Assembly (NCBI GenBank): GCA_963737635.1
Contig: CAVTTL010000001.1
Location: 1,440,001 to 1,504,000, forward strand
DNA length: 64,000 nucleotides
Direction: 5' to 3'
Origin: an uncultured Methanoregulaceae archaeon
GTDB lineage: Archaea > Halobacteriota > Methanomicrobia > Methanomicrobiales > Methanospirillaceae
The notes under the pieces were generated by a model. That model had not been told where the DNA came from and made no database searches. It saw only the letters and a list, made by a program, of their open reading frames with translations. The translations under genes were made by a program, and so were the position numbers. How positions within the stretch are numbered: the first letter of the stretch is position 1; each line of letters starts with the position of its first letter. Below, in pieces: positions 49,876 through 60,249 of the stretch.

Positions 49876-50878
49876 GGCGCACGATCTCGATAGTCTCGCC
49901 ACAGGATGTGCACTGCCGGTCGTCAAGACCGGTAATACGGCTCGAGAAACCCCGGCGTTCAATGAGCATCGCGCCGCAGGCCGGGCAATACGTGTTCTCG
50001 CACGTATGGTGTGCGATGTTTCCAAGATAGGGGAACCGGAGGCCGAGTTCTTTTGCCCGGGTACAGATCTTCTCGAGAAGAGCAACCGGGGTCGCACCTC
50101 GGTTTGTCATCCGGTAATCCGGGTGGAACGCGGAGAAATGCATAGGCGTCTGCGGGCCGAGGTGCTCGATCACCCAGCGGATGAGGGATTCCTGTTCTTC
50201 CATGCTGTCGTTGAGGCCCGGAATGACAAGCGTCACGGTCTCAATGTGCATACCGAGCTCCCGGGCGCGTATGGTCGCATCCAGCACCGGCTGGAGGTGC
50301 CCACCGCAAACCTTCTTGTAGAAATCGTCGGTGAACGCCTTGAGATCCACCCGGAACGCGGCAAGCATGGGGGCCAGTTCTGTTATGGCCTCCTCGGTGA
50401 TGTAGCCATTTGTCACGTAAATCGTCCCAAGGCCCCGCGCCCGGGCAAGAGTACCCATATCGAGCGTATACTCGTGCCAGATGGTCGGTTCGTTATAGGT
50501 CCAGGAGATGCTCGCGCTGCCGCTTGCGAGGGCACGATTTATCCCCTCTTCCGGTGTTATCGTGAAAAGGTTGGCGCTATTCCGGTCTGCCTGCGAGATA
50601 TGCCAGTTCTGGCAGTGCTCGCACCGGAAGTTGCATCCCACGCCTCCCAGAGAATACGAGAGCGTGCACGGAAGGTAATGGAAGAGCGGTTTTTTCTCGA
50701 TGGGATCGACAGCCTCTGCGCTCACGAGGCCATAGGTAGAGGCATACAGCGTCCCGCCTTCGTTCTGTCGCACCCCGCAGATCCCGTGCTTTCCCTCAGC
50801 TATCGTACAGCGGTGATTGCACAGCGAGCACTGCACCACCTTGTTTTCTTTCTTCGCGTACTGAAGTGCTTCGTGCAT
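49865..50878 (-). CDS. amrS: AmmeMemoRadiSam system radical SAM enzyme
   Basis: DPIEKKPLFH, CNFRCEHCQNW and YNEP; terminal Zn ribbons. Confidence 0.9.
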   Translation of the reverse strand: MHEALQYAKKENKVVQCSLCNHRCTIAEGKHGICGVRQNEGGTLYASTYGLVSAEAVDPIEKKPLFHYLPCTLSYSLGGVGCNFRCEHCQNWHISQADRNSANLFTITPEEGINRALASGSASISWTYNEPTIWHEYTLDMGTLARARGLGTIYVTNGYITEEAITELAPMLAAFRVDLKAFTDDFYKKVCGGHLQPVLDATIRARELGMHIETVTLVIPGLNDSMEEQESLIRWVIEHLGPQTPMHFSAFHPDYRMTNRGATPVALLEKICTRAKELGLRFPYLGNIAHHTCENTYCPACGAMLIERRGFSSRITGLDDRQCTSCGETIEIVRHAS

Positions 50879-51054
50879 AACCGGTCTCCGTTATTTCCCC
50901 GGTTCTCCAGGTACTTCCCCCCGGATGCATCATCGTCAATTTCAAGGACAAACGATCCCCGGTATTTGCAGTTCTTGCAGAGGTACACCTGCCCCATATA
51001 TCCCCCGGCTACCGGAAAAATCTCCCGGCTCTTGCAGACAGGACAGCACAACAT
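50800..51054 (-). CDS. Small zinc-ribbon protein
   Basis: CPVCKS...YLCKNCKYRG; the 3' end is uncertain because it overlaps amrS. Confidence 0.6.
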   Translation of the reverse strand: MLCCPVCKSREIFPVAGGYMGQVYLCKNCKYRGSFVLEIDDDASGGKYLENRGNNGDRLCTKHFSTRRKKTRWCSARCAITAVR

Positions 51055-51109
51055 GTCGCCACTTCCTTAGGACAACTCTATATGAGCATCCTGTACAAAA
51101 ACTAGTGCA

Positions 51110-51814
51110 ATGAGCACAGTCGTTATCTCGCTTGGCGGCTCGATCCTGATCCCGGAACTGGAGAATAACCGGATACGGGCCTATCTTCCGGTCCTGGAAA
51201 CGATTGCCGCATGCCACCGGCTTTTCGTCGTTGTCGGAGGCGGGGGCGGGGCCCGGGACTACATCGCGCTCGCCCGGAATCTGGGCATCGATGAGGGCAC
51301 TGCAGATGAGATCGGCATTCTGGTAACCAGGCTCAACGCGACGCTCCTGATTGCCGCCCTTGGAGAATCTGCCTACCCTAAGGTCGCAGAGAGCCATTCC
51401 GAGGCAAAGAAATTTGCCGAGTCCAAAAAGATCGTTGTTATGGGTGGGATCACCCCGGGCCAGACCACCGATGCTGTCGCCGCAGTCCTCGCAGAACGGG
51501 TCCATGCCGATGTATTTGTCAACGTAACCTCGGTTAACGGCATCTATGACAAGGACCCCAAACAGTTTCCCGGGGCAAAACATTTCCGGACGCTCACACC
51601 GCAGCAGTTGATCGGGATTGTCGGCAAAGGCGGTCTTGGAGCCGGATCGCATAACGTCCTCGATATCATCGCCGCCCGTGTCGTGGAACGCAGCCGTATC
51701 CCTCTTGTCGTACTTGATGGGACACGACCCGAGAACCTTTCCGACGCACTCCTTGCCGGGAAGTGTGACGGATCTATCGTGAGCGGGACAAAAAAGAAGA
51801 TCCTTCCTCTCTGA
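51110..51814 (+). CDS. pyrH: UMP kinase
   Basis: SLGGS, VGGG, DEIGI, PGQTTD and GIYDKDP. Confidence 0.93.
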   Translation: MSTVVISLGGSILIPELENNRIRAYLPVLETIAACHRLFVVVGGGGGARDYIALARNLGIDEGTADEIGILVTRLNATLLIAALGESAYPKVAESHSEAKKFAESKKIVVMGGITPGQTTDAVAAVLAERVHADVFVNVTSVNGIYDKDPKQFPGAKHFRTLTPQQLIGIVGKGGLGAGSHNVLDIIAARVVERSRIPLVVLDGTRPENLSDALLAGKCDGSIVSGTKKKILPL

Positions 51815-51875
51815 CTTTTTTGGGACCGGTAAACGGCAGGTATTTTTAGCGGCCACGGACAATATTGTAGGACGC

Positions 51876-51950
51876 GGGGTAGTAGGGTAGCCTGGTCCAT
51901 CCTAGAGCGTTTGGGACGCTTTGACGGCGGTTCGAATCCGCCCTACCCCA
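51876..51950 (+). tRNA. tRNA-Pro(UGG)
   Basis: GGGGTAG/CTACCCC acceptor, loop TT-TGG-GA, GGCGG-TTCGAAT-CCGCC. Confidence 0.94.
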
Positions 51951-51957
51951 TGAAGAT

Positions 51958-52623
51958 ATGAATGCACAGGCAGCCCGCCGGATCTATGCTCTTTTGGTAA
52001 AACAGTATCCCGATGCCCGCGAGTCGCCAGCAACGGTCGCCCGGGGAACACCATTTGAAGTGCTCATTTTAACGATACTCTCCGCCCAGACAACCGACCG
52101 GGCCGTACTCCTGGTAAAAGATCCGCTTTTTTCAGCCTACCCGACTCCGGTGGCCCTTGCCCGGGCAGAAATAGCCGGTGTCGAACCTATTATCCACAGC
52201 CTCGGGTTCTACCATGCAAAGGCCCGTCATATCATTGCGGCGGCAAAAGCCGTCATTGCCGACTTTGGCGGACAGGTGCCGGATACTATGGAAGATCTGC
52301 TTTCCATTCCCGGTGTCGGCAGGAAGACGGCAAATATCGTGCTGTACCATGGTTTTGGGAAGAACCATGGCATTGCCGTGGACACCCATGTACGCAGGCT
52401 CGCTCAGAGAATTGGGTTTTCTGATACGAATGATGTCAAAGTGATTGAGCATGACCTCATGGCTGTGTTTCCCAAGGAAGAATGGGGCGATCTCACGGAC
52501 GTATTAATCGCGCACGGACGGGTGTGCTGCACCGCAAAAAAACCACAATGCCCGGTCTGCGTAATAAAAACGCTCTGCAGGTATTACCTGACAACATTCA
52601 AAAAGGCAGATAAAGAGGTGTAA
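51958..52623 (+). CDS. nth: Endonuclease III
   Basis: LSAQTTD, HhH GVGRKTA, VDTH and C-x6-C-x2-C-x5-C. Confidence 0.93.
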   Translation: MNAQAARRIYALLVKQYPDARESPATVARGTPFEVLILTILSAQTTDRAVLLVKDPLFSAYPTPVALARAEIAGVEPIIHSLGFYHAKARHIIAAAKAVIADFGGQVPDTMEDLLSIPGVGRKTANIVLYHGFGKNHGIAVDTHVRRLAQRIGFSDTNDVKVIEHDLMAVFPKEEWGDLTDVLIAHGRVCCTAKKPQCPVCVIKTLCRYYLTTFKKADKEV

Positions 52624-52653
52624 CTGCCTCTCTCTTTTTCAGCTTACACCCGT

Positions 52654-53686
52654 TTAATACCCGACAAAGATCCGGATAACCTGGAACGTACCGTACCCGA
52701 TTAACGCGCTGATAGGTATCGTAAGGATCCACGCGATCATGATGCTTCGCGCGACGCCCCACTTGACGGTGCTTGCTCCCATGGTAGATCCGACGCCCAT
52801 GATGGACGAACAAATAACGTGGGTCGTACTCACTGGGATCCCAGCGGCTGATGCACCGAGAATCGTTGCGGCCCCGGCTGTTTCGGCGGCAAAGCCGTTC
52901 ACCGGGCGCAGTTTGGTGATTTTATACCCCATGGTCCGCACAATCCGCCATCCCCCTGCAAGGGTTCCCAGAGCGATTGTCGTATAACAGATGATGATTA
53001 CCCAGAACGGCACTGGCAGGCGACTTAAATTCGCATTCGCACCGTAATACCCGATGGAGAAAAGGAGCGGGACAATGATCCCCATCGTTTTCTGGGCATC
53101 GTTTGTCCCGTGGCTGAAACTGTATGCTGCCGCGGAACAGAGCTGAAGCCGTTTGAAATGTCCCTCTGCTGTTGGTTTATTGGATCCCCGGGTCAACCAG
53201 AGGATCGCGGCCATAAACAGGAACCCGCAGATAAGACCGATCAGCGGCGAGAGCACCATAAAGAGTGCGACCTGCCCGACAGTCGACCACTTGATGACAG
53301 CGATCCCGGCTGCCGAGATACCAGCCCCGGCAAGGCCCCCGATAAGCGCATGAGACGATGACGTAGGCAGGCCAAAGAACCAGGTGATCAGGTTCCAGTC
53401 TGATAGCCCCGGCAAGGGCGGCGAGAACGATGTACGGAATGATGAGGTCCCCGACAACGTCGAGGTTTACGATACTTGCAATCGTGTCTGCAACTGCCAC
53501 GCCAAACCCGAATGCCGCAAGGAAATTGAAGAAAGCCGCAAAAACCACCGCGTTCCGGGGCGAGAGGACTTTTGTGGACACCACGGTCGAGATTGAATTA
53601 GCCGAATCATGGAAGCCGTTCGTGAAATCGAAAACGAGCGCAATGATAATGATCGCGCCAATGAGGATCAAGGGAGGTGCGATCAT
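52654..53686 (-). CDS. PiT-family inorganic phosphate transporter (frameshift near 53403)
   Basis: NGFHDSAN, PTSSSHALIG, HGTNDAQK and PVSTTH across two frames. Confidence 0.88.
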
Positions 53687-53726
53687 GCGACCCCTCCCCG
53701 CACTATCTGAATCACCGGAAACCGCC

Positions 53727-54356
53727 TCACGAGTGCCGGATGGCTATGTCGGAGAGCACGTTTGCCACGTCCTCGCAGTAATCGGTTGCCGTTTCGAGGT
53801 TCTCGTAGATATCCTTGAGTTTAATGATCGCTATCGCGTCATTGGTCTTGAAGAGGTCGGTCACCGCATGGGCGAGCACGTCGTCGGCGAGATTCTCAAG
53901 CCTGTTTACCTCGATGCAGCGTTCCTCGACGTACCGCGGATCTTTGATCGAACGGATGCCCTTGACCGCGCCTTCGATCTCGATGGCTGAGAGGTGGATC
54001 AGTTTTGAGAGTTCCACCATGTGGGCATCGGTGTTATCGATACCATAGTAGTACATCTTCTCTGCCGAGCTGTCAATATTATCCATAACATCGTCGAGCG
54101 CCGATGCGAGCTTCGAAATCTCCTCCGGGTCGAGTGGTGTGATAAAAGTCCGGTTCAGCTGCTCGTAGATGCTGTGCGTGATCTGGTCGCCCCTGTGTTC
54201 GAGCAGTTCGATCGCATGCCGTTTCTCCTTGACATTGGTAAAATCCTCGCTCAGCGTCACCAGCTGGTACGCCGCTTCCCGTACCGTTGCGGCCTGGTGT
54301 TCAAACATCTCGAAAAATATCTTGTCCTGCGGTATCAGTAATTCCCGTAAGCCCAT
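53727..54356 (-). CDS. DUF47/PhoU-like phosphate transport regulator
   Basis: EHRGD, FITPLD, ENLAD and ETATD. Confidence 0.88.
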   Translation of the reverse strand: MGLRELLIPQDKIFFEMFEHQAATVREAAYQLVTLSEDFTNVKEKRHAIELLEHRGDQITHSIYEQLNRTFITPLDPEEISKLASALDDVMDNIDSSAEKMYYYGIDNTDAHMVELSKLIHLSAIEIEGAVKGIRSIKDPRYVEERCIEVNRLENLADDVLAHAVTDLFKTNDAIAIIKLKDIYENLETATDYCEDVANVLSDIAIRHS

Positions 54357-54413
54357 ACACAAACCTACTGGTAATCAGCGTAGCAACCTGAAAAATATAG
54401 CGAAATATTGTGC

Positions 54414-55606
54414 TCACATGAGATGCGTTACGGCAAGGGAAACTATGAGGTATCCGGCCCACGCGACAACTGCAGCAAGTGGTATAGTGATCACCCATGC
54501 AGTCATCATTTCGCGCACAATCTTCCAGTGGACCGCGTTTTTCCCCGGGTGACCCCCACGCCAACGATGGCCCCACTTATGATATGGTTTGACGAGACCG
54601 GAATACCATGCGTTGTGACAAATGCAAGGGTTGCGCTGCCGGACGTCCCCGCACAGAATCCCTGGTATGGCCGGATCTTCGTGATCCCCTTTGCCATACG
54701 GTCTACCACTTTCCAGCCGCCAAAACAGGTACCCAGGCCTATCGCTATTGCCGAGAGTAGGATCACCCACGTAGGTACGGCAAAGGTGGAAAGGATGCTG
54801 GCGGATACGAGGAGCGCCGTAATCGCACCGACCGCATGCATCCCGTCGTTTGCCCCATGGCCGGTGGCCTGGAAGAGACAGGCGGCGATCTGGAGCGGCG
54901 TAAAGATCCGCTTCATCCGGTTCTGACGCGAATTTTTGAAAAGCTGCGAGACCAGTACATCGAAAAGAAACGCGATGACTGCTCCAAGAACCGGTGAGAT
55001 GAAAATGAAGAGGACAACTGCCAGCAGACCGGTAATATTGAGCACCCCAAAGATTATCGTGATGGGGATGGCAAGGGCTGCCCCACAGACTGCTCCCACA
55101 AGAATGGCGAGCCTTATATCACCATGAAGAGCCGCGGTGATACCTGTCACGGTTACGATCCCGAGAACAGCACCAAGAATGGCCCAGCCGAATACCTGGG
55201 CGAGGATGTTCCAACCCGGGTAAATTATCGCGGAAAATCCGAATGCGGCAATGCTTGACCCTATGAGGCCCCCGATGAGTGCATGGCTGCTGGAAAGAGG
55301 AATGCCTATTCGGGTGGCACAGAAAACCAGTAACGTAGAGGCAAGCATGGCAATGATGATCGTCTCCGGGGTATACATGGCAGGATGAACAATGGCGGTA
55401 CCGATAGTTGCCGCGACGGCAGTCGTGAAGACAAAAGGACCTGCCATGTTGCAGACACCTGTCAGGAAGACTGCCTTTGCCGGTGATAGCGCCCTGGTCG
55501 CAACAACGGTTGCAATTCCCTGGGCTGAATCGGTGAGCCCATTGAAAAAATTCAGTACAAGGGCGACAACAATGCCAAATATGATGAGGGGATCGTAGCC
55601 GGTCAT
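54414..55606 (-). CDS. Second PiT-family transporter (frameshift near 54543)
   Basis: NGLTDSA, PLSSSHALIG, HGAND and PVSSNH; C-terminus AVHWKIV...AWVITIP in the other frame. Confidence 0.85.
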
Positions 55607-56232
55607 GTATGGCTCATCGAAATATCCGAGAGGGCATGGGCGACATCGTTACATTTCTCCATGACCCGTGCCAGCCCTTCGTAGATATCCTTGAGTTTGA
55701 TGATGAGGAGGAGATCCTGGGCCTTGAACAGTTCGAGCACGGCCCGCGAAAGGAGTTCTCCGGAGAGATTATAGAGACGGTTGATCTCGGTCGCGTGTGC
55801 CCGGACGTCGTCGGGCCTTTTCAATGTCGAAAGAGCGTCAAGTGCCGATGTAATCTCGTTTCCCGCCATTACGATCAGGTACGAATATTCCTTGAGGACA
55901 TCGTTTGACTGCTGGATACCGTAGTTAGCCAGCTGGTGGGTCACCCAGTCCAGCCGGTCCAGAACGTCATCAAATGCAGGCGCAAGCCGGGCGATTTCAT
56001 CAGGTTCAAGGGGGGTGATCAGGGATTCGTTGAGATGCTCGTAGATCTGACGGGTTATTTCGTCTCCTAGGTGTTCGATCTGGCGCACCTTGTGCGCTTT
56101 TTCTGTGCCGTTCGGGAGCTCATGGGTGATCTCGTTTAAAGTCGTCGCAGCCTCGTTGATCTTCTGGGCCATCTCTTTAAAGAGAGTAAAAAAGATCTTG
56201 TCCTGGGGAAGGATAAGGTCGCTGATTCGCAT
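55603..56232 (-). CDS. Second DUF47/PhoU-like protein
   Basis: LILPQDKIFF, EHLGD and LITPLE. Confidence 0.85.
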   Translation of the reverse strand: MRISDLILPQDKIFFTLFKEMAQKINEAATTLNEITHELPNGTEKAHKVRQIEHLGDEITRQIYEHLNESLITPLEPDEIARLAPAFDDVLDRLDWVTHQLANYGIQQSNDVLKEYSYLIVMAGNEITSALDALSTLKRPDDVRAHATEINRLYNLSGELLSRAVLELFKAQDLLLIIKLKDIYEGLARVMEKCNDVAHALSDISMSHT

Positions 56233-56376
56233 GATCTCAAGTGGTACGCAGGTGTTTGTAGTATAAATAATATACGAGAAAACTGGCCGGATTTCGCCGT
56301 TGCACTCTACGATTTCATAAAAACGAAAATAGTGCGTTCTCGGATAAGTCACACAACACTTCTAGAAAACAAAAGA

Positions 56377-56448
56377 TGGACTGGGCGGGAATTGAACCCG
56401 CGGCCTCTCCCATGCCAAGGGAGCGTAATACCACTTTACCACCAGCCC
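56377..56448 (-). tRNA. tRNA-Ala(GGC)
   Basis: GGGCTGG...CCAGTCCA with G3:U70; loop TT-GGC-AT. Confidence 0.94.
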
Positions 56449-56501
56449 GCTTTAACATAGTTGCACGGCATAGGTAAAAAGAATTGGGTGAAAAGCTTGT
56501 G

Positions 56502-57704
56502 CTATTCCTGCTGGGCAGCAGGCGTTTTTTTCTGCGAGCCGTTTTTCCGGTTCTTTTTTCCGGTTCCATTTTTATCCCCGGCGGCTTCTGCAGAGTGTTT
56601 TATCCATGCAAGGACTCGTTTCCGTGCCTCCTGCATGTCAGATTGCTGAACGATCCGGCCGTCTACGATATACGTCCTGATGAGCGGAACCGCGTTTGCG
56701 GGAGGGGCCTGACTGATGGGAAGAGTCCGGTGTTTCTCGCAGACCAGCTCGTAGACCTGCTTTATCCCACTCTTCTTTCCCCGTTTTGCCTTTGGTTTTT
56801 TTTCAATCTCCACAATATCCATGGCAAAATCGACTACAGGAGCGTTTGCAATTGCACCCCCGATCCCAAAGGCGTCGACGCAGTCCCGGTACGCGATCAC
56901 ATCCTCTCGCGTCACACCGCCCGATAGGAAGATCTTTACCTGGGAATAGCCATGCGAGTCCAGCTCCCAACGGACTTCTTCAACAATCGAGCGCATGTTT
57001 CCCCGGCGGGACCGGGGCGTATCGAGCCTCACTGCCGTCGCGCCGCATCCGGCCGCATGTAGTGACTCGGTCTTCTCGTCGCAGTACGTATCGCAGAGCA
57101 TGATACGGGGGACATCGGCCGGGGCATAGCGGTCAAAGGCGCACCACGCGTCTTCCGGGGCGGGAAAGCACATTATCATTGCATGGGGCATGGTACCGAC
57201 GATGGGCATACCGGCGGGCGCGCAGATATTGGAGACGCCGTCGACACCACCAATCCAGGCTGCCCGCTCTATCATCGTCGCAATTGCCGGGTGCTGCCGC
57301 CGGGAACCAAAGGAATAAACGGGCCTGCCTTTCGTTTCGCACATGATATGGGCGGTCGCCGATGCGATCCCGGAGGCGTGGCACAGGAATCCGAGGATCG
57401 CCGTCTCGTACCGGCAGAAGTCCCGGTAGTGCCCGGTGATGCGGAGAACCGGTTCCCCCGGGTAAAAGAGAGTTCCCTCCGGCATTGCGTCGACCGTTAC
57501 CGGAACACCGGAAAGGAGTGCCAAGACATCGGACAAACCGCAGACGATTCCCCAGCTGTCCGGAAGCGCAGCAGCGGTCACCTCCATGGATACGAGCGGG
57601 TTGACCTTCTCTTTTTCCAGGACCTCTTCGGTGCGGATAAAATAGATGTCAGTGCACCCTCCCTGTTTTATCGTTTCGTCACTGACGGTATCGAACATGC
57701 CCAT
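56502..57704 (-). CDS. pncB: Nicotinate phosphoribosyltransferase
   Basis: TDIYF, FGSRR, GTMPH, VRLDT, SGG and AKRGK. Confidence 0.9.
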   Translation of the reverse strand: MGMFDTVSDETIKQGGCTDIYFIRTEEVLEKEKVNPLVSMEVTAAALPDSWGIVCGLSDVLALLSGVPVTVDAMPEGTLFYPGEPVLRITGHYRDFCRYETAILGFLCHASGIASATAHIMCETKGRPVYSFGSRRQHPAIATMIERAAWIGGVDGVSNICAPAGMPIVGTMPHAMIMCFPAPEDAWCAFDRYAPADVPRIMLCDTYCDEKTESLHAAGCGATAVRLDTPRSRRGNMRSIVEEVRWELDSHGYSQVKIFLSGGVTREDVIAYRDCVDAFGIGGAIANAPVVDFAMDIVEIEKKPKAKRGKKSGIKQVYELVCEKHRTLPISQAPPANAVPLIRTYIVDGRIVQQSDMQEARKRVLAWIKHSAEAAGDKNGTGKKNRKNGSQKKTPAAQQE

Positions 57705-57861
57705 GGGAAGATATTGGGGCAGGGATATTTTACGTTTAGTGGTTGTTCGAAAACCTGCGCTAGGTATTAGTGCCGGGGCACACAATCTTTTGGCGAAGAT
57801 TCATGGCCCTGCTCTCACCTCTCCACAGGATTTCCGGTAACATGTCAGGGGGCTGCACCTG

Positions 57862-58533
57862 ATGCTTGGCATTATCGGCGGGACAAGCCTGCTCTTTTCA
57901 ACCCTGCCGGAGCTTAAAAAGGAAAGCGTGGCCACGCCATACGGCGCAGCTGATCTCCTCTGCGGCGATATCGTGATCCTGATGCGCCACCAGCACGGCC
58001 GGCCACCGCACCGGATCAATTTCCGTGCAAACCTCGCTTCCATGGCGATTGCCGGCGTTGACCGGATCGTCGCATTCGGGTCATCGGGATCGCTCAAAAA
58101 AGAGATCCCGCCCGGCACCCTCCTCATCCCGACAGATTATGTCAGCCTGACCGATATCCCCTCCATCCACGACCACGCGATAGAGCATGTCCGGCCGGAA
58201 CTTCCGCGGGCATTTGCGGAGAAACTCTCCGCGGTTGTTCCAGAAGCACGGCTCGGTGGTGTCTATGTACAGACCCGGGGGCCGAGGATCGAGACGGTCG
58301 CCGAGGTGAAGGCACTTGCCGGGATTGCCGATGTGGTAGGCATGACGGTTGCCTCGGAAGCGACGCTTGCCTGTGAACTCGGTATGGACTTTGCTGCGCT
58401 CTGTGCGATTGACAATTACGCAAACGGTCTTGGGGATGAGGTGCTCACCTACGATCATATCCTCTCCACCGCAAAGACGTATGGTCACCGGACCGAAGAG
58501 ATTATCGGATCGATCGTCCGGCAGATGGGATAA
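57862..58533 (+). CDS. MTAP-family purine nucleoside (methylthioinosine) phosphorylase
   Basis: GIIGGTS, TPYG, PPHRIN, GPRIET, VGMT and DNYANG. Confidence 0.85.
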   Translation: MLGIIGGTSLLFSTLPELKKESVATPYGAADLLCGDIVILMRHQHGRPPHRINFRANLASMAIAGVDRIVAFGSSGSLKKEIPPGTLLIPTDYVSLTDIPSIHDHAIEHVRPELPRAFAEKLSAVVPEARLGGVYVQTRGPRIETVAEVKALAGIADVVGMTVASEATLACELGMDFAALCAIDNYANGLGDEVLTYDHILSTAKTYGHRTEEIIGSIVRQMG

Positions 58534-58549
58534 GAGGGGGAAAACGGGC

Positions 58550-59878
58550 ATGACAACAAAAGAAACGGCAGATATTTTCGGAAAGAACAAGTCGGTGCTT
58601 ATCACCAACGTGATCGACCACACCGGGCCGGTAGATATCTTTGTCGACGCGGCCGAGACAATCACCGATATCGGGCGTGGGATCCGGAGACGGCACCGGG
58701 GCGAAGCGGAATTTATCCTTGATGGGGAAGGGGCGCTCGCGCTTCCGGGCCTTGCAAATACGCACACGCATGCGGCAATGACACTCCTGCGGGGGTACGC
58801 AGACGATATGATCCTGCAGGACTGGCTCAGCCAGAAGATCTGGCCACTCGAAGCGCACCTGACCGGGGAAGATGTGTACTGGGGAACGAAGCTTGCCTGC
58901 CTCGAGATGATCCGGACCGGAACCACGGCATTTAATGACATGTATTTCTTTATGGAAGACGCCGCCCGGGCGGTGGACGAGGCCGGTATCCGCGCCCTCC
59001 TCTGCTACGGGTTCATCGACCTTGGTGATGCAGGAAAACGGGAGCATGAGTGTCGGGCAACGGAAGCGCTGGTCGCACATATCAGGAACATGAACAATTC
59101 CCGGATCCGTGCCGCTGCCGGGCCGCACGCACCATATACGGTCTCTCCCGAAGGGCTGAAGTGGTGCGCGGTGTTTTCCCGCGAGCAGCAGATCCCCCTT
59201 CACATTCATCTGTCCGAGACTGAAAAAGAGGTGGCTGTCTGCGTCGCTCAACATGGCAAGCGGCCGGCTGCACTGTTGGACGAGTGCGGCATCCTGACCC
59301 CCCGGACCATTGCAGCACACGGATGCTGGCTCGACGATGACGAGTGCAAACTTCTTGGGAAAAGGGGTGTGCATATCTCCCACAACCCGGCAAGCAACAT
59401 GAAGCTTGCCACTCACCGGGCGCTGCCGTACCCCCAGCTTGCAGCGGCCGGGGCAAATGTCTGTATCGGGACAGACGGGTGCGCCTCGAACAATAATCTC
59501 GACCTTTTCGAGGAGGTAAAGACTGCCGCCCTGTTGCAGAAATTCTTCTGGAACGATCCGACGATCCTTCCGGCACCGGAAGCACTCGCGATGGCAACTA
59601 CAAACGGAGCAAAGGCACTGGGCTTTGGCACCGGCACCCTGATCGAAGGGGCACCGGCGGATATCATCCTTGTATCCACCCGGATCCCCTGTAATACGCC
59701 ATTACACAATGCCGCTTCAAACCTGGTCTATTCCTGCAGCGGGGCAGCCGTAGAAACCACCATCTGCAGCGGCCGGGTGCTGATGTTCGACCGCGAGGTC
59801 CCGGGCGAGGCAGAGATCCTGAAAAACGCAGCGCATGCGGCTGCAGATCTTGTGAAACGTGCGCAGGCACCGGCGTGA
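58550..59878 (+). CDS. mtaD: 5'-deoxyadenosine / MTA / SAH deaminase (amidohydrolase)
   Basis: NTHTH, PHAPY, HIHLSET, SNMKL and GTDGCASNN. Confidence 0.88.
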   Translation: MTTKETADIFGKNKSVLITNVIDHTGPVDIFVDAAETITDIGRGIRRRHRGEAEFILDGEGALALPGLANTHTHAAMTLLRGYADDMILQDWLSQKIWPLEAHLTGEDVYWGTKLACLEMIRTGTTAFNDMYFFMEDAARAVDEAGIRALLCYGFIDLGDAGKREHECRATEALVAHIRNMNNSRIRAAAGPHAPYTVSPEGLKWCAVFSREQQIPLHIHLSETEKEVAVCVAQHGKRPAALLDECGILTPRTIAAHGCWLDDDECKLLGKRGVHISHNPASNMKLATHRALPYPQLAAAGANVCIGTDGCASNNNLDLFEEVKTAALLQKFFWNDPTILPAPEALAMATTNGAKALGFGTGTLIEGAPADIILVSTRIPCNTPLHNAASNLVYSCSGAAVETTICSGRVLMFDREVPGEAEILKNAAHAAADLVKRAQAPA

Positions 59879-59933
59879 AGCACCGGGAGCATATCCGACA
59901 CATCTTTACCATTTCATACTGAATTTGTGAGGT

Positions 59934-60122
59934 ATGACATGTTGCGAGAACCACCCGGACCATGCACACCAGAAAACCTGCCGGGTCTGTAAATCCGAGT
60001 ACTGCCATGAATGCCATCCCTCCCACTTTGGGATCTGCGAGAAGTGCGCTTACAAAATCCTGATCGCACTTGTCGTCGTGATGGTTATCGTGTCGTATAT
60101 GGTCTGGTTCGGCGTATTTTAA
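59934..60122 (+). CDS. Small B-box-like Cys/His zinc finger with C-terminal TM helix
   Basis: CENH...CRVC...CHEC...CEKC followed by a hydrophobic tail; GAGGT RBS. Confidence 0.65.
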   Translation: MTCCENHPDHAHQKTCRVCKSEYCHECHPSHFGICEKCAYKILIALVVVMVIVSYMVWFGVF

Positions 60123-60249
60123 CCGGGCGAACTTTTTTTGTGTAATAACAAAGGTATTTGCCCGGAGACGTTGGAAAAAGAGATGTTTTTTGCCCTGACC
60201 GTTATGTCTGTAACAAAAACAATCTGTCCTTTCACCGGAGGATTGGACT

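Noticed and set aside
49427-51070. 547-aa plus-strand ORF, and similar long ORFs such as 35560..36540 and 58502..59416
   Set aside because: Antisense shadows of well-supported genes in GC-rich DNA, with no recognisable motifs
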